A stretch of DNA of 64,000 bases from a virus (taxonomy: Duplodnaviria; Heunggongvirae; Uroviricota; Caudoviricetes), in IMG/VR virus record IMGVR_UViG_3300029862_000001, positions 53,276 to 117,275 of that record; one strand, 5' to 3'. Under the pieces are notes generated by a model, which searched no databases, was not told the origin of the DNA, and worked only from the letters and a program-made list of their open reading frames with translations. A program made the position numbers and the translations under genes. How positions within the stretch are numbered: the first letter of the stretch is position 1; the number at the start of each line of letters is the position of its first letter. This document shows, one piece after another, positions 38,401 to 46,276 of the stretch.

Positions 38401-38817
38401 TGATGGGATCATAGCATCCACCAACATAATATTATCACCCAGATCTTGGCTATAGAATCCGAAGCCTGATTCTTGAATCCCATAAGTTGCATCTGATTTT
38501 GATACAAGAACAGGATTACTCATCTTAGAAGCCTTATCCAGTACCCTTTCTCTATAAGCTTCCGGAATAAGATCGATGTTGGATTTTACCTTATTATAAG
38601 CCGGTTTGTTGATAGGCACTCTCTTTCTCCAGTCGCCAAAAGCCTTTAAGAACTTATTGGAAAATACGGTTTTAAAAACAGTAGTAGCCCGTTCCCTGTT
38701 CTCCATAAGAGGAATAGATGCTATCTTATCAAACAACATAGACCTGTCCCCTGATCTGGTAGAGACAGAAACAACTTTCTTTTTATTATCTCTTTTAATA
38801 ATACACGTTGATGCCAT
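32404..38817 (-). CDS. giant virion-associated protein (2137 aa), function unknown
   Basis: 6.4-kb uninterrupted ORF on - with ATG start; no catalytic motifs recognised by eye; sits within the block of large structural genes. Confidence 0.8.
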   Translation of the reverse strand: MASTCIIKRDNKKKVVSVSTRSGDRSMLFDKIASIPLMENRERATTVFKTVFSNKFLKAFGDWRKRVPINKPAYNKVKSNIDLIPEAYRERVLDKASKMSNPVLVSKSDATYGIQESGFGFYSQDLGDNIMLVDAMIPSSISVPEEPGIDAGQYLQDAISSDFTPVSVVQDKGVNYMVIKDGLKIFSPEELPETDSNPVGVTYQTGEPRLFFMNDRSQLFEDYGEALRSGGNDIRIGFLSGTVQESTVDGVADITYKAGKYVLNNPKSFIPVMTASASTSLSTKGGIINYLIKKGLLSGSKIFDPETRSYYLTGEGHTGQIRLFNSALSYTELRNHFGSDVSMNDQGMITISSLDNSKVTMRLATGGTERVSREQIKNDLKSGRYNELDAKYDHFDALVVSFILEDNDLYADTKAKIVSDYSRQERDQRNSIVEILKTLGVSVIGMTDYIEKYQTKYGHEPSAKALADIANNVIAVGEDATLSDLVEETAHFLVEAYRDQNAVEAVLQDVEGTEEWNQYAGQYYNTYGKVYEGAELDNAVRREILGKILAREMQTGTAQAPVEPTSFLGRVRRLFSGIVSWLKSALSTQRQDLNNVIKNIRDLAITDIDKGFDTSLLKDNDFTLYSLSSMNKNKFLESKIRSLRKTLRDLRQISSDRAVTTSMTLAQLKTIEDKINKVETKIDKNEMAAAMNSMISTAEAQVRYLSNVVNTILHGDTKGGKLHFNTNDRKNVDIINNQILPIMNDLRGYIRNRSTEFDEREKQDYTNRINTVIADINGIQSDIKSVQDLDESTLLDKLMNELHVPADKVKGVKEFFDKVQHDVSWISRWFGILEHSSSPFNNALGAMIAKDNYNAMVNAQPAISDFLAYAKKHGFNKSEFEKLLQKVDGKTSNYLRSALDMAKYDRNKKLAQMRAFATAMNIEISEEEIGDVVDNNRNYVFKREVVDKDGNTVTENAKFKPSSDRVNTDIFTIEQEKIYTEQMEKWDAENSELEFSESYATRMESIYKKAEEELGHPVSQTTKEYLNALSRQKRILRQPFIDSGGNFDEVAYFKSSNYEEEGLLRKQRKEAASEYIYVGTRRVEKTGDQLKMAKEIQAINEVWRKESNNATNAVSESFLQKLRTIQNESGGEAALKTLMLGGHLSFNDRFWNDVESEQSARTESNNKASYIKMAHDIISSTTSDRYETDVDSIVKDIEKNKAIIKEIIGNNRDVADIGEINEATFTSSERDAFRAASEAIEVDYAILIDYAKMVGLEDIDKYLTKSSKAENEVNQSYLNALADSKEIEWQFAQRHTTAKKAKKIQALRDKLFMAQDNRYMFTVSETNYLSEKLGIDKKLDRRDFRNAVRAKMSDIFGHDNGVAEVNDIVNEFARSQVFSYYKRMAPTGYAAMIDKIGRGEIDVAQMVKDVQNGTSTQDYGMDISYLSFDPARAWVAESEAENSGRNPDYVKDHGYGHRMPKKSLYRDESYFNDFGIKYDADGNEVATKNVEQWNMIQKLKEIKRQSLDLYKEQSPNLYAIPQISKQDIERIEGLGINFKNTVRNFVSDLCLDRVDDSLYGKTRQGEVYDPEDRLRSIPKYYIYELENQDDVSHDFGYSYSMLMMQSSLYNEKQKSIELAQGLEQMLLNKQFEGGKKAEATQAYQMFRDFFNDHYYGIRMNTKKLTVNIGGYTVDLTRIMIAVERFMSVMNLALSPFVAATGALTGHINLIMESAVGQYISKDSLKYASAEFSRLAPSCIAETGDIDRKSKLYVIGERMGIFNIRNRMYGAGYNRVARTLMRSPMYAFMEILNYPLDPQVMIATMDNVRYYKGRFYTFQDFKMEKERNKEQSTIKREWNALKDRTLWSMVDVVDGKVVVKPGSGVTVEEVETQMAITRNQVRSLSQICNGSLNEENRTAASRNWIARFMTAHRGWLVLAAQRLWKRRGFNFQTMQEEEGLSITLKNMIVKTFSLASESGMKNIIDAWNENKDNMNEVEKTNLKRLSVYAGTFLIMQAVSMLLAGWRDDDENEESWLTQFGSYVGFRTINEIASQMPFIMELNVVDIINDPFVMGRKLKDLTDLRNYSLDKVTSGTYKGESKLFRQLAKQTFIKQWYNIKTPENVARAYNWWQQTNNKSMMFFIGATPDSEGDDDVSYK

Positions 38818-38868
38818 AATAAAACATTTTTGTTATGAGACAAAGGTAGTTAAAAATCAAGCATATCA

Positions 38869-38907
38869 TAAAAAATAAAGCCACCTAACTTCTCAGTCTG
38901 ATGGCTT
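38869..38907 (-). terminator. Rho-independent terminator (stem aagcca/tggctt plus TTATTTTTT on -)
   Basis: Hairpin 38878-38907 preceded on + by A-run 38869-38877, immediately downstream of the - gene ending at 38959. Confidence 0.5.
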
Positions 38908-38958
38908 AAAAATAATATGAAAAAAAATATAATCTGACGAAAAATCGTCAAGTTCAGC

Positions 38959-39282
38959 TTATATGTAATGCATGTACCCATCTCGGTGTATAAACCTTCC
39001 CGATTCAAAGCGCTCAATATCTTCAGGGCAAATAGGGCCCGAATCCTCTCTCCTGGCTTCAAACCAAAGCCCCGGCTTACGAAGTCGGCAAGTTATGATA
39101 TAGTTGAAGCAATTGTGCGTAAAATGGAAAACAGATCCTACAGGGAAATACCTATCAGCTTGAAATACGATTCTTTTTCGTTTAGTATCAAACGTGATAT
39201 CCCCTACTATCTTAGCCACGTAATAGCTTCTGCCATTTAACGTTTCATCTGTCTGCGGTATCCAATAATAACCTCTTGCCAT
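38959..39282 (-). CDS. hypothetical protein (107 aa)
   Basis: ATG at 39282 (MARGYYW...) just after the terminator hairpin at 39293-39326; the track start at 39351 would overlap that hairpin. Confidence 0.45.
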   Translation of the reverse strand: MARGYYWIPQTDETLNGRSYYVAKIVGDITFDTKRKRIVFQADRYFPVGSVFHFTHNCFNYIITCRLRKPGLWFEARREDSGPICPEDIERFESGRFIHRDGYMHYI

Positions 39283-39292
39283 GCCACAAATA

Positions 39293-39326
39293 TATAAAAA
39301 AAGTCGGACAAGACACATGCCCGACT
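39293..39326 (-). terminator. Rho-independent terminator (agtcgg/ccgact hairpin plus T-run on -)
   Basis: + strand tataaaaaaagtcggacaagacacatgcccgact. Confidence 0.45.
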
Positions 39327-39491
39327 TTATATTACTTTGATTCATTTTCAAACCGCTTTATAAGAGAAGCAATATCATCACCACAAATAAACATCATTCG
39401 ACGTTCTTCTTTTGGTTTATGAGACACTGGAATGGTTTTGTTTATCTTAATCTGATTCGCCAGACCTCTACCTAAACGAATATCAACTTTT

Positions 39492-39809
39492 TTACCTTTC
39501 ATGAATTATTTGTTTAAACAGATCAATTCCATCTATTATAATATGACCGCTTTGCATACGACCATTATTAGGATTGTAAAGAAAGTTGAAACCACTTTCT
39601 TTTTCCTGTCTTTCAAAAAAACTGATATCCTTTCCTCTACGGGCTCTTTCAAAAGCTTTCTTGAACAACTTGCCTCTAAAGGTCTTGACGAGGTTCTTGG
39701 TAGCGTTATTGCCGGCTCTTACCATTGCTTTCCTTGCCTGGTCCTCCGAGACAAAACTGCTTCGGAAAATATACGATGTTGCTGCTTGTATATCTTGCTT
39801 GGTGATCAT
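39492..39809 (-). CDS. hypothetical basic protein (105 aa)
   Basis: ATG start; followed on - by a 56-aa overlapping small ORF (39321-39491) that is not scored. Confidence 0.45.
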   Translation of the reverse strand: MITKQDIQAATSYIFRSSFVSEDQARKAMVRAGNNATKNLVKTFRGKLFKKAFERARRGKDISFFERQEKESGFNFLYNPNNGRMQSGHIIIDGIDLFKQIIHER

Positions 39810-40159
39810 ATGACAAACATTTCTTTCAGAATACTGATCTTTATTCCGTATATCAATTTCATCTCATCTCTATCATATACGCCAAAAAAGGATTCACTGG
39901 GATCCTTTGGATTTACGCTCAGTTGAATTATACAATTGTAAAGATAGACCTTAAGTTCATAATTATCAGAGTATCTATCCCGTATGGTTTCAAATGTCTT
40001 AATTAATTCTTCAACAAGTACTCTGCTGAATGAAAAAGGTTCTCTACAATTACCTTTAAATATGATATGATTTAAATCATTGGTATTATCAAATTCGTAC
40101 TCTACCCGACTGTCGTCCATCATATCATAAGTGATTGACTTTTTGATTTTAAACCCCAT
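39806..40159 (-). CDS. hypothetical protein (117 aa)
   Basis: ATG start; ATGA overlap with the downstream gene. Confidence 0.45.
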   Translation of the reverse strand: MGFKIKKSITYDMMDDSRVEYEFDNTNDLNHIIFKGNCREPFSFSRVLVEELIKTFETIRDRYSDNYELKVYLYNCIIQLSVNPKDPSESFFGVYDRDEMKLIYGIKISILKEMFVI

Positions 40160-40176
40160 GTTGTTTTGTTTTTTAG

Positions 40177-40482
40177 TTAATATAGATCTTCTGAATACAA
40201 TTGTTCTCTAATGGCACTCCTATCTACTACCATTTCCTGATTATTGCTCTTAACAAGAGCAGATGCCTCCTCTCTTGTTAGAAACCGATTCTTGCTTGTC
40301 AAAAATCCTTGAACACTGCGGTTTTTATGGGCTATTCCGTATGCCGCAAGTTGCGATATTATGGAACAGTGTCTCAATCCACAAAATACGGTTCCGGATG
40401 GTATATTTACTGGACCGTGAGGCTTGTTCTTGTGATCTTGAACCCATATAGCTGCGCATACAACAATTTCCTTATCACACAT
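40177..40482 (-). CDS. hypothetical protein (101 aa)
   Basis: ATG start. Confidence 0.45.
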   Translation of the reverse strand: MCDKEIVVCAAIWVQDHKNKPHGPVNIPSGTVFCGLRHCSIISQLAAYGIAHKNRSVQGFLTSKNRFLTREEASALVKSNNQEMVVDRSAIREQLYSEDLY

Positions 40483-40485
40483 AAT

Positions 40486-40692
40486 TTACATATTTAAAAT
40501 ACCGTTTTTACCAATATGCTTCTTTTCTTCTTCAGTAGGCCATTCTTTCTTGAACTTACCATGCCACGTTCCAGGAACTACCACCAGTTTATCATCCTTA
40601 TCATATTCAATAGCGGCGCATTCAGAACAAAGAGGCTTGCCTTCATATCCCTTTAGCGACTTATCGTAAATACGATGATTTGCAAACTTCAA
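40486..40692 (-). CDS. hypothetical protein (68 aa)
   Basis: ATG start. Confidence 0.4.
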   Translation of the reverse strand: MKFANHRIYDKSLKGYEGKPLCSECAAIEYDKDDKLVVVPGTWHGKFKKEWPTEEEKKHIGKNGILNM

Positions 40693-40927
40693 CCTGTCCG
40701 CTTCTGGCTAATAGATTAAAGAAGGCAGCGTTATACAACATGCGATACCGATACAATTCATTGAAAGTATGGTATCCATCAGAAACCTCTCCCATGTCTC
40801 CAGGTTCTGCTTTAGGTTCAGGATGATTCGGATAGCAGTAGTCCACTGATGCTTCTAACACTGACTTTACGTGTTCTATTATCCTCGCAACATCATCATG
40901 TTTAAAAAAAATGCTTAAATCTTTCAA
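40661..40927 (-). CDS. hypothetical protein (88 aa)
   Basis: ATG start. Confidence 0.4.
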   Translation of the reverse strand: MKDLSIFFKHDDVARIIEHVKSVLEASVDYCYPNHPEPKAEPGDMGEVSDGYHTFNELYRYRMLYNAAFFNLLARSGQVEVCKSSYLR

Positions 40928-41120
40928 CGAATTTAATATCTTCGTTGATTGCTGATTCGAACTCTTCTTTTGTCATTATCCTGACTAAATCTTTTAATTC
41001 CATTATTTGTAATATTTTAGTTGTTCTGAAATCCTATATTTACTTACATCATCGCATAAGTTACACCCTCCCGTACATCCACAAACCGAACAATACGAGT
41101 CTCTTTTAAAAGTAGTGTTT

Positions 41121-41339
41121 TCATGATTTTGGTAAAACATTCATATAACACGGTACATCTACCACATCTCTTCTGCAAAGTCCCTTCTCAAAATAGGAAA
41201 CCATATAAGTGCTTTTACCTTCGTAATCAGGTTTAGGATCAAAGCATTCAAAAACGAATCTTGTTCTACCTTCAAGATGACCAAACATGAAAACAAATTC
41301 TCCACCGTATCTTTTGTTAGCCAATTCTTCTACTGTCAT
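41121..41339 (-). CDS. hypothetical protein (72 aa)
   Basis: ATGA overlap with the upstream gene. Confidence 0.4.
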   Translation of the reverse strand: MTVEELANKRYGGEFVFMFGHLEGRTRFVFECFDPKPDYEGKSTYMVSYFEKGLCRRDVVDVPCYMNVLPKS

Positions 41340-41563
41340 AACCTGTCTCCTCCCAATCCTGAATTGATACTCACATACTTAACACTGACACCATTTCCAC
41401 GTCCAAGCTGACCCCAGCCGGGCGATGGCGTTCCCTTAGCCGGAGCAGCGACAGCCCTAAGCCGAGACCAGTCCTGCTTTTGTCTCATGGCTTCAGCCTC
41501 TTTGTAATATCGGTTACACAGTTCTTGATCTTCGTAACCAACGTAATCTTCCTTATTTTCCAT
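41336..41563 (-). CDS. hypothetical protein (75 aa)
   Basis: ATG start. Confidence 0.4.
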   Translation of the reverse strand: MENKEDYVGYEDQELCNRYYKEAEAMRQKQDWSRLRAVAAPAKGTPSPGWGQLGRGNGVSVKYVSINSGLGGDRL

Positions 41564-41640
41564 AAAAAAAATACTTTTTCAACAAATGTACGACATTCAT
41601 AAATTAATTAGGTTTAAAATAAAACAATATGAATTAAAAT

Positions 41641-41673
41641 AAAAACCCGATACGTTAAAATCGCATCGGGTTT
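41641..41673. terminator. Bidirectional terminator-like hairpin cccgatacg/cgcatcggg flanked by A-run (5') and T/A-runs (3')
   Basis: aaaaacccgatacgttaaaatcgcatcgggtttggtatcgaaaaaaaa. Confidence 0.5.
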
Positions 41674-41693
41674 GGTATCGAAAAAAAATAGGT

Positions 41694-41876
41694 TCAGATC
41701 TTGGGTAAAGATTCGAGCCAATTTTTAACATCTTTATATTTAGGGTCTTTGTCTATTCTATCTTTCAGTTCATGCAATGCTGAGTCCATAACCGTATTCG
41801 GTACGCCAATCAACTCTCCTATTAAATACAATGGGGTTTTATTCGATTTAGATTCGTGTGCTATATTCATGTCCAA
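41694..41876 (-). CDS. hypothetical protein (60 aa)
   Basis: Short ORF on the coding strand of the island. Confidence 0.35.
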   Translation of the reverse strand: MDMNIAHESKSNKTPLYLIGELIGVPNTVMDSALHELKDRIDKDPKYKDVKNWLESLPKI

Positions 41877-42033
41877 AAAAAAGTTATGTGAAACAAACCG
41901 GCCACGGGTATTCTATTGCCCGCCGACCGGTATAATATTTTTATTCTTTTTTTCCAAACGGGAAAAACGGGAATGCGGGAATCATATTTTTCACTATGGC
42001 TCCCGCACCACCGGAAGGACCTGGGTCTGGATC

Positions 42034-42327
42034 TCAGGTCAGATCCTTCCAGTTTATTTTTTCGCCGAGGTAATCTTGCACGGCAAGCCATCTTATAAAG
42101 GCTACTCCTTCGGGAGCATCCGGATCATCCAAATACATTAACGTAGCTTTCACCAACTCGTTCTCACATTTGAAGACCTTCGGAAAACCATCCGAATAGT
42201 ACATTGCAAAGACATATTGGACATCGCCCCATGTCGCTTTATCCGGCTTCTTCGCTCCGCACTTTTCAAAAATATCTTTTATTTCCGGCTGCTTCCAGAT
42301 CCTCTTGGATCCATCGACGTTGACCAT
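42034..42327 (-). CDS. hypothetical protein (97 aa)
   Basis: ATG start. Confidence 0.45.
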   Translation of the reverse strand: MVNVDGSKRIWKQPEIKDIFEKCGAKKPDKATWGDVQYVFAMYYSDGFPKVFKCENELVKATLMYLDDPDAPEGVAFIRWLAVQDYLGEKINWKDLT

Positions 42328-42332
42328 CTTCT

Positions 42333-42686
42333 TTACCGCCTCATCAGCAAGAGCAGAACCTCAGATGTTACCCATTTCTTAAATCTCTTAGCAGACTCTA
42401 ATTTTGAAGATAATATAAGAGAATATAAACCAGATTCATTAATTATTCTTATACTATCTATATATCTGGTTTTCAATATAGATCGTTTTACGCCCCATTG
42501 ATTATCAGATACTTGCAAAAGCATAGAATCATCATCATCTACATGTCTTTTTACCGCATCTTTAGCATTTATATATCCAAGAGATTTAGCCACATCTGAC
42601 GCCACAAACCAAACATCTCCTTTTGGATCTACAATAATTCTAAGCTCTCCAAAATCCGAACTTTCAAAAACAGAAACTTTATCCAT
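42333..42686 (-). CDS. Bro-N domain protein (phage antirepressor-like N-terminal domain)
   Basis: FGELRIIVDPKGDVWFVASDVAKSLGY...DDDDSMLLQV...GVKRSI matches the Bro-N consensus by eye. Confidence 0.55.
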   Translation of the reverse strand: MDKVSVFESSDFGELRIIVDPKGDVWFVASDVAKSLGYINAKDAVKRHVDDDDSMLLQVSDNQWGVKRSILKTRYIDSIRIINESGLYSLILSSKLESAKRFKKWVTSEVLLLLMRR

Positions 42687-42973
42687 GATAAAAAAAATAG
42701 GCCCAAAAGAGAATGTCAGATCCCACTATGACAAACCCTAATGAGCCAAAAATATCTTTCAACATCAAACAACCAGAGGTGGGATCTCGTTGTTCATTGT
42801 TTCTGGAGCAAAGATAGGAACAGGATTTTAAATAGCAAATATTTTAATACTTTTTAAATCAAACCAGGGCCCGCATCACTGCGAGCCCTGATCTACACTA
42901 ATCTAAACTAATACCATGAAAAACTTAAATCTAAAAACTAAAGAACACACAAATGTAGGAAAATATATGCCTT

Positions 42974-43171
42974 TCACAAAGAATCTGTATCCTGTTCTTT
43001 TGTGTGATTCAAGACATGGGATATAGTTCTGATACTTAATCCGGTTTGATTTTGTATCAGATTATAAATATAGGATTTTGAAACTACAGTTCTTAATTGA
43101 CCTAAATCATTCATAATGTTTTTATACATAAGATGAATGCTGTTGTTACATTTGATGGTACTGATTCTCAT
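42974..43171 (-). CDS. hypothetical protein (65 aa)
   Basis: Only ORF in a 700-bp AT-rich gap; hairpin cagggc...gccctg at 42859-42884 lies downstream. Confidence 0.3.
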   Translation of the reverse strand: MRISTIKCNNSIHLMYKNIMNDLGQLRTVVSKSYIYNLIQNQTGLSIRTISHVLNHTKEQDTDSL

Positions 43172-43394
43172 TTCCTACTGTTATTAGTTACGTTCGGTTC
43201 TTACTTTTTCCTTATTTCCATAATCCCTTCCTGAAACTAATATTGCAAACTTAATAAAAATAATTCATAAACAATGAAAATCTAACTTTTCTTGTATGTT
43301 ATTGATATACGTGCATATATAAGAAAAGTGAGACTTTCACAAGCCTCACTTCCCAAATTATAACCATGAAAAAAACTATATATATATACAAAAA

Positions 43395-45653
43395 TTACCT
43401 GCATTCCAATTTGTTAAGATCATCCAATTCAGGCTTGCTTACGGTCATGTCTTGCGTCAAGCCAGATCTGTTTTGGTATGGAGCGTAATCGGTTTCTACC
43501 GTCTTAGCCTTCTGAGTAGAATCGTATTTCACCTCTGATTCGGTTCCTGTCAGATTTTGGTAGATAGAGCCGGAACTACTCTCGCTTACTTTAGACCATA
43601 TCTTATTACCTACTCTTATAAAATTATCATAAATACCTTCTGCTGTTATAACACCATCTTGCTCTACGATATTAGAACCCGATTTTTCTTTTAACAAATA
43701 CGGGTGCCTGGTGTAAAAATAGTGTTCAAAATCATTCCCAGCATACGAAGGGTCATACCTCTCCAAATAAAACAATTCTGATAAAGAAGGGTCGGTACTG
43801 GTCATGCTATAATCAAACAACATCAACCTGTCTTTTCCAGATAAAGATAATTCTATTGATTTCAAAATATCAGGATCATCAGAAATAAGACCCAAAGATG
43901 GACCAGGTTTGAAGTCAAGATACTTATAGGCATTATCATATAATTTTGTTTTATGGAGTTTGTTGTCAAGGTAAGATTGGTATAAATCGAATAAGGATAA
44001 TGGGTTTTCGCTATCTTGTTTTTTGTTCATGTATCGACTATACTCCCGATCCACATCCACGTAAGGAACGTCAAGTACCGCAGGGTGCCCAAACGCCATC
44101 CTGGTCATTATCATGTCCTCTGTGTTCTGAGAATCCATGAACGATCTGACGTATTTTTTAATGGAAGCCATGAGCGTATTATTATCTACGTTCCGTACTT
44201 TCTCTTTATCCAAAACGCCGTTCTTAAAACAAGATTCAGGATATATTTTAGTAGAAAAATGAGTTAGGTTGTGCTTGGCTAATACTGTTGATATTTGATA
44301 CATCTCGTTAAGATCATCTTTGCTGATCCTTTGATATAGATTATCTCCTACCTTAAGCAATGAATGTTTCTCAAATGCCTCTACTGGGTCTATATCGGAT
44401 TCAGAATAAACGATATTCAAATTATCCATATACTCCGGCAATAATCCAAAATAATAGTCTGTACTATCACCAAGAACATCATCTATAGAAGATGCCAGCG
44501 TTGGAGCATAATTTACATCATTATGCCTGGCCACATAAATATCAAGATCCAGCATCAAATTATCTATCTTATTCAAAGATTCTTCTGTGCCATCATAAGT
44601 TTCCGATGTCCCTATTATATCTATGCCAAACCACGTACAAGCCTCTTCTATATCCCATATCATGCTTCTTAAATCGGATTCGGTGTCGGCATTAGCCCTA
44701 TGTAAATAAGCTGATATACGAGCTCTTAGGAACTCTATTTTGCCGGAATTGTAATAAGAAAGATCTTGTAGCTTAGACAAAGATCTTCTCTTGCCTTCCA
44801 CCACATCATCCCCTTCTATGTTTATTACCGGAATCTTATTCGTAGATGAGAACTCATCAAACATAGATTCGGCAAATTCTTTATCAGAAACGAATTTCTC
44901 AACCAGTTCAGGATATGAATTTCTCAACGATTCAAAAGCAGATGAAAATTCAGAAAAGTTTTTTATGCCGGCTACTGTTTTACGCATAGCATAATAAAGC
45001 TCAGAAGGATTATATGGTACTTTTTTACCAAATTGGTTAAACACTCCCTCCTTGTAAACAATAGGACCATACTGATAGTCAATAGACATAAAATAATTAT
45101 CTTTTTCCCTATCATGTTCGTTAATAGAAGAATCTATTAACTTTCTCATGGAAGTCGAAACCTCGTTTAAAACAGAAGGATCGGATAAAATACGACTTAT
45201 TTCTGTTTCATCATACAAACCGGATCTCCTTAATTTCTGCTCATTCAGTATCAAACTGCCATCTACATAAAAATCGAAGAGAATAGCATTAGACAATGAA
45301 GACGCATTGAAAAAATAATGAGTAGACAAAAGGAAATCCCTTACATCCTTAATGTCCTGAGCCGTTAAAGGATCAGCAAAATAAGTCTGACGCTTCATAT
45401 ACGACAGCACGTCTTCTAAAAGAGGTTCGCCATTGGGATCGGTATTAAATATCTCCCCTGGAGCCGGGTTATTCCAATGACCGTAATACGACAAAAAACC
45501 CGGAGTGTAAGCCTTAGCCCATACCTGAAGAGCCCGCTCGCTGTTTCCTAATACTTTTAAAGCACTTTCGTAAAGAACGGAAGGCTCCCCGTTAGGAGCC
45601 TTAACCCGTTTTATTTCATTTTCCTTTTTTTCTATCTGACATTTGACACCCAT
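43395..45653 (-). CDS. large virion/tail-associated protein (752 aa), function unknown
   Basis: ATG at 45653 (the track start at 45674 is TTG). Confidence 0.65.
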   Translation of the reverse strand: MGVKCQIEKKENEIKRVKAPNGEPSVLYESALKVLGNSERALQVWAKAYTPGFLSYYGHWNNPAPGEIFNTDPNGEPLLEDVLSYMKRQTYFADPLTAQDIKDVRDFLLSTHYFFNASSLSNAILFDFYVDGSLILNEQKLRRSGLYDETEISRILSDPSVLNEVSTSMRKLIDSSINEHDREKDNYFMSIDYQYGPIVYKEGVFNQFGKKVPYNPSELYYAMRKTVAGIKNFSEFSSAFESLRNSYPELVEKFVSDKEFAESMFDEFSSTNKIPVINIEGDDVVEGKRRSLSKLQDLSYYNSGKIEFLRARISAYLHRANADTESDLRSMIWDIEEACTWFGIDIIGTSETYDGTEESLNKIDNLMLDLDIYVARHNDVNYAPTLASSIDDVLGDSTDYYFGLLPEYMDNLNIVYSESDIDPVEAFEKHSLLKVGDNLYQRISKDDLNEMYQISTVLAKHNLTHFSTKIYPESCFKNGVLDKEKVRNVDNNTLMASIKKYVRSFMDSQNTEDMIMTRMAFGHPAVLDVPYVDVDREYSRYMNKKQDSENPLSLFDLYQSYLDNKLHKTKLYDNAYKYLDFKPGPSLGLISDDPDILKSIELSLSGKDRLMLFDYSMTSTDPSLSELFYLERYDPSYAGNDFEHYFYTRHPYLLKEKSGSNIVEQDGVITAEGIYDNFIRVGNKIWSKVSESSSGSIYQNLTGTESEVKYDSTQKAKTVETDYAPYQNRSGLTQDMTVSKPELDDLNKLECR

Positions 45654-45694
45654 AGTGATAAATATTTTAGACAAAGATACTGTAAAAATAGAAA

Positions 45695-46276
45695 TTATGA
45701 AACTTCTATTTCATAATGCGAAGCCTCTGTCTCAACTATCAATCTTCCCTCTCCTTCAAACTCAACACTATCATTTCCTGGACCAGTAACAAAAGGGAAA
45801 TCAGATACGGATGTTACATAATCTCCAGAACCACCGGAAAAAGACTGACTTTTATTTTGTTTGTAATTGATAGTCAATTGTGTTTTACCTATCTGAAGAG
45901 TTCCAGATAAATTTTTAGTATAAGTAGTGGTAGTTGTAATATCCCCATTTTTATAACAATACATTATAAAGATGGTAACCGGACTCTTTTTTATATTACT
46001 ATCCGGACCTGCATGATAAGATTCATTTCCTCCAAATATGCTATAAATGTGACAATAAGGACCGACTCTTTTACTTGAAGTTTTAGCCTTATCCTCGACT
46101 CCTTTCAAAGATATAGTAACCTTACTCTTGTATTCAATATCCTTCCAATTACAGACTCCTTCACTTACGTTTCCAACAAACCTGTCATCAACATAAACCT
46201 CTATATTCCCCTGCTGATTGGTCTTCAACTGATACTGAACAAGACTTGAAACATCTTCGTATCTCCTTCTCATACT
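45695..46276 (-). CDS. beta-rich structural protein (~193 aa), possible fibre/adhesin-like
   Basis: ATG at 46276 with RBS aaggag 8 nt upstream (the track TTG start is 46282); Thr/Gly/Ser-rich, beta-strand-like composition. Confidence 0.5.
   Translation of the reverse strand, partial: SMRRRYEDVSSLVQYQLKTNQQGNIEVYVDDRFVGNVSEGVCNWKDIEYKSKVTISLKGVEDKAKTSSKRVGPYCHIYSIFGGNESYHAGPDSNIKKSPVTIFIMYCYKNGDITTTTTYTKNLSGTLQIGKTQLTINYKQNKSQSFSGGSGDYVTSVSDFPFVTGPGNDSVEFEGEGRLIVETEASHYEIEVS

Noticed and set aside
41701-42141. 146-aa plus-strand ORF in the small-gene island
   Set aside because: It overlaps two minus-strand genes and runs through a terminator-like hairpin, and its composition is low-complexity.
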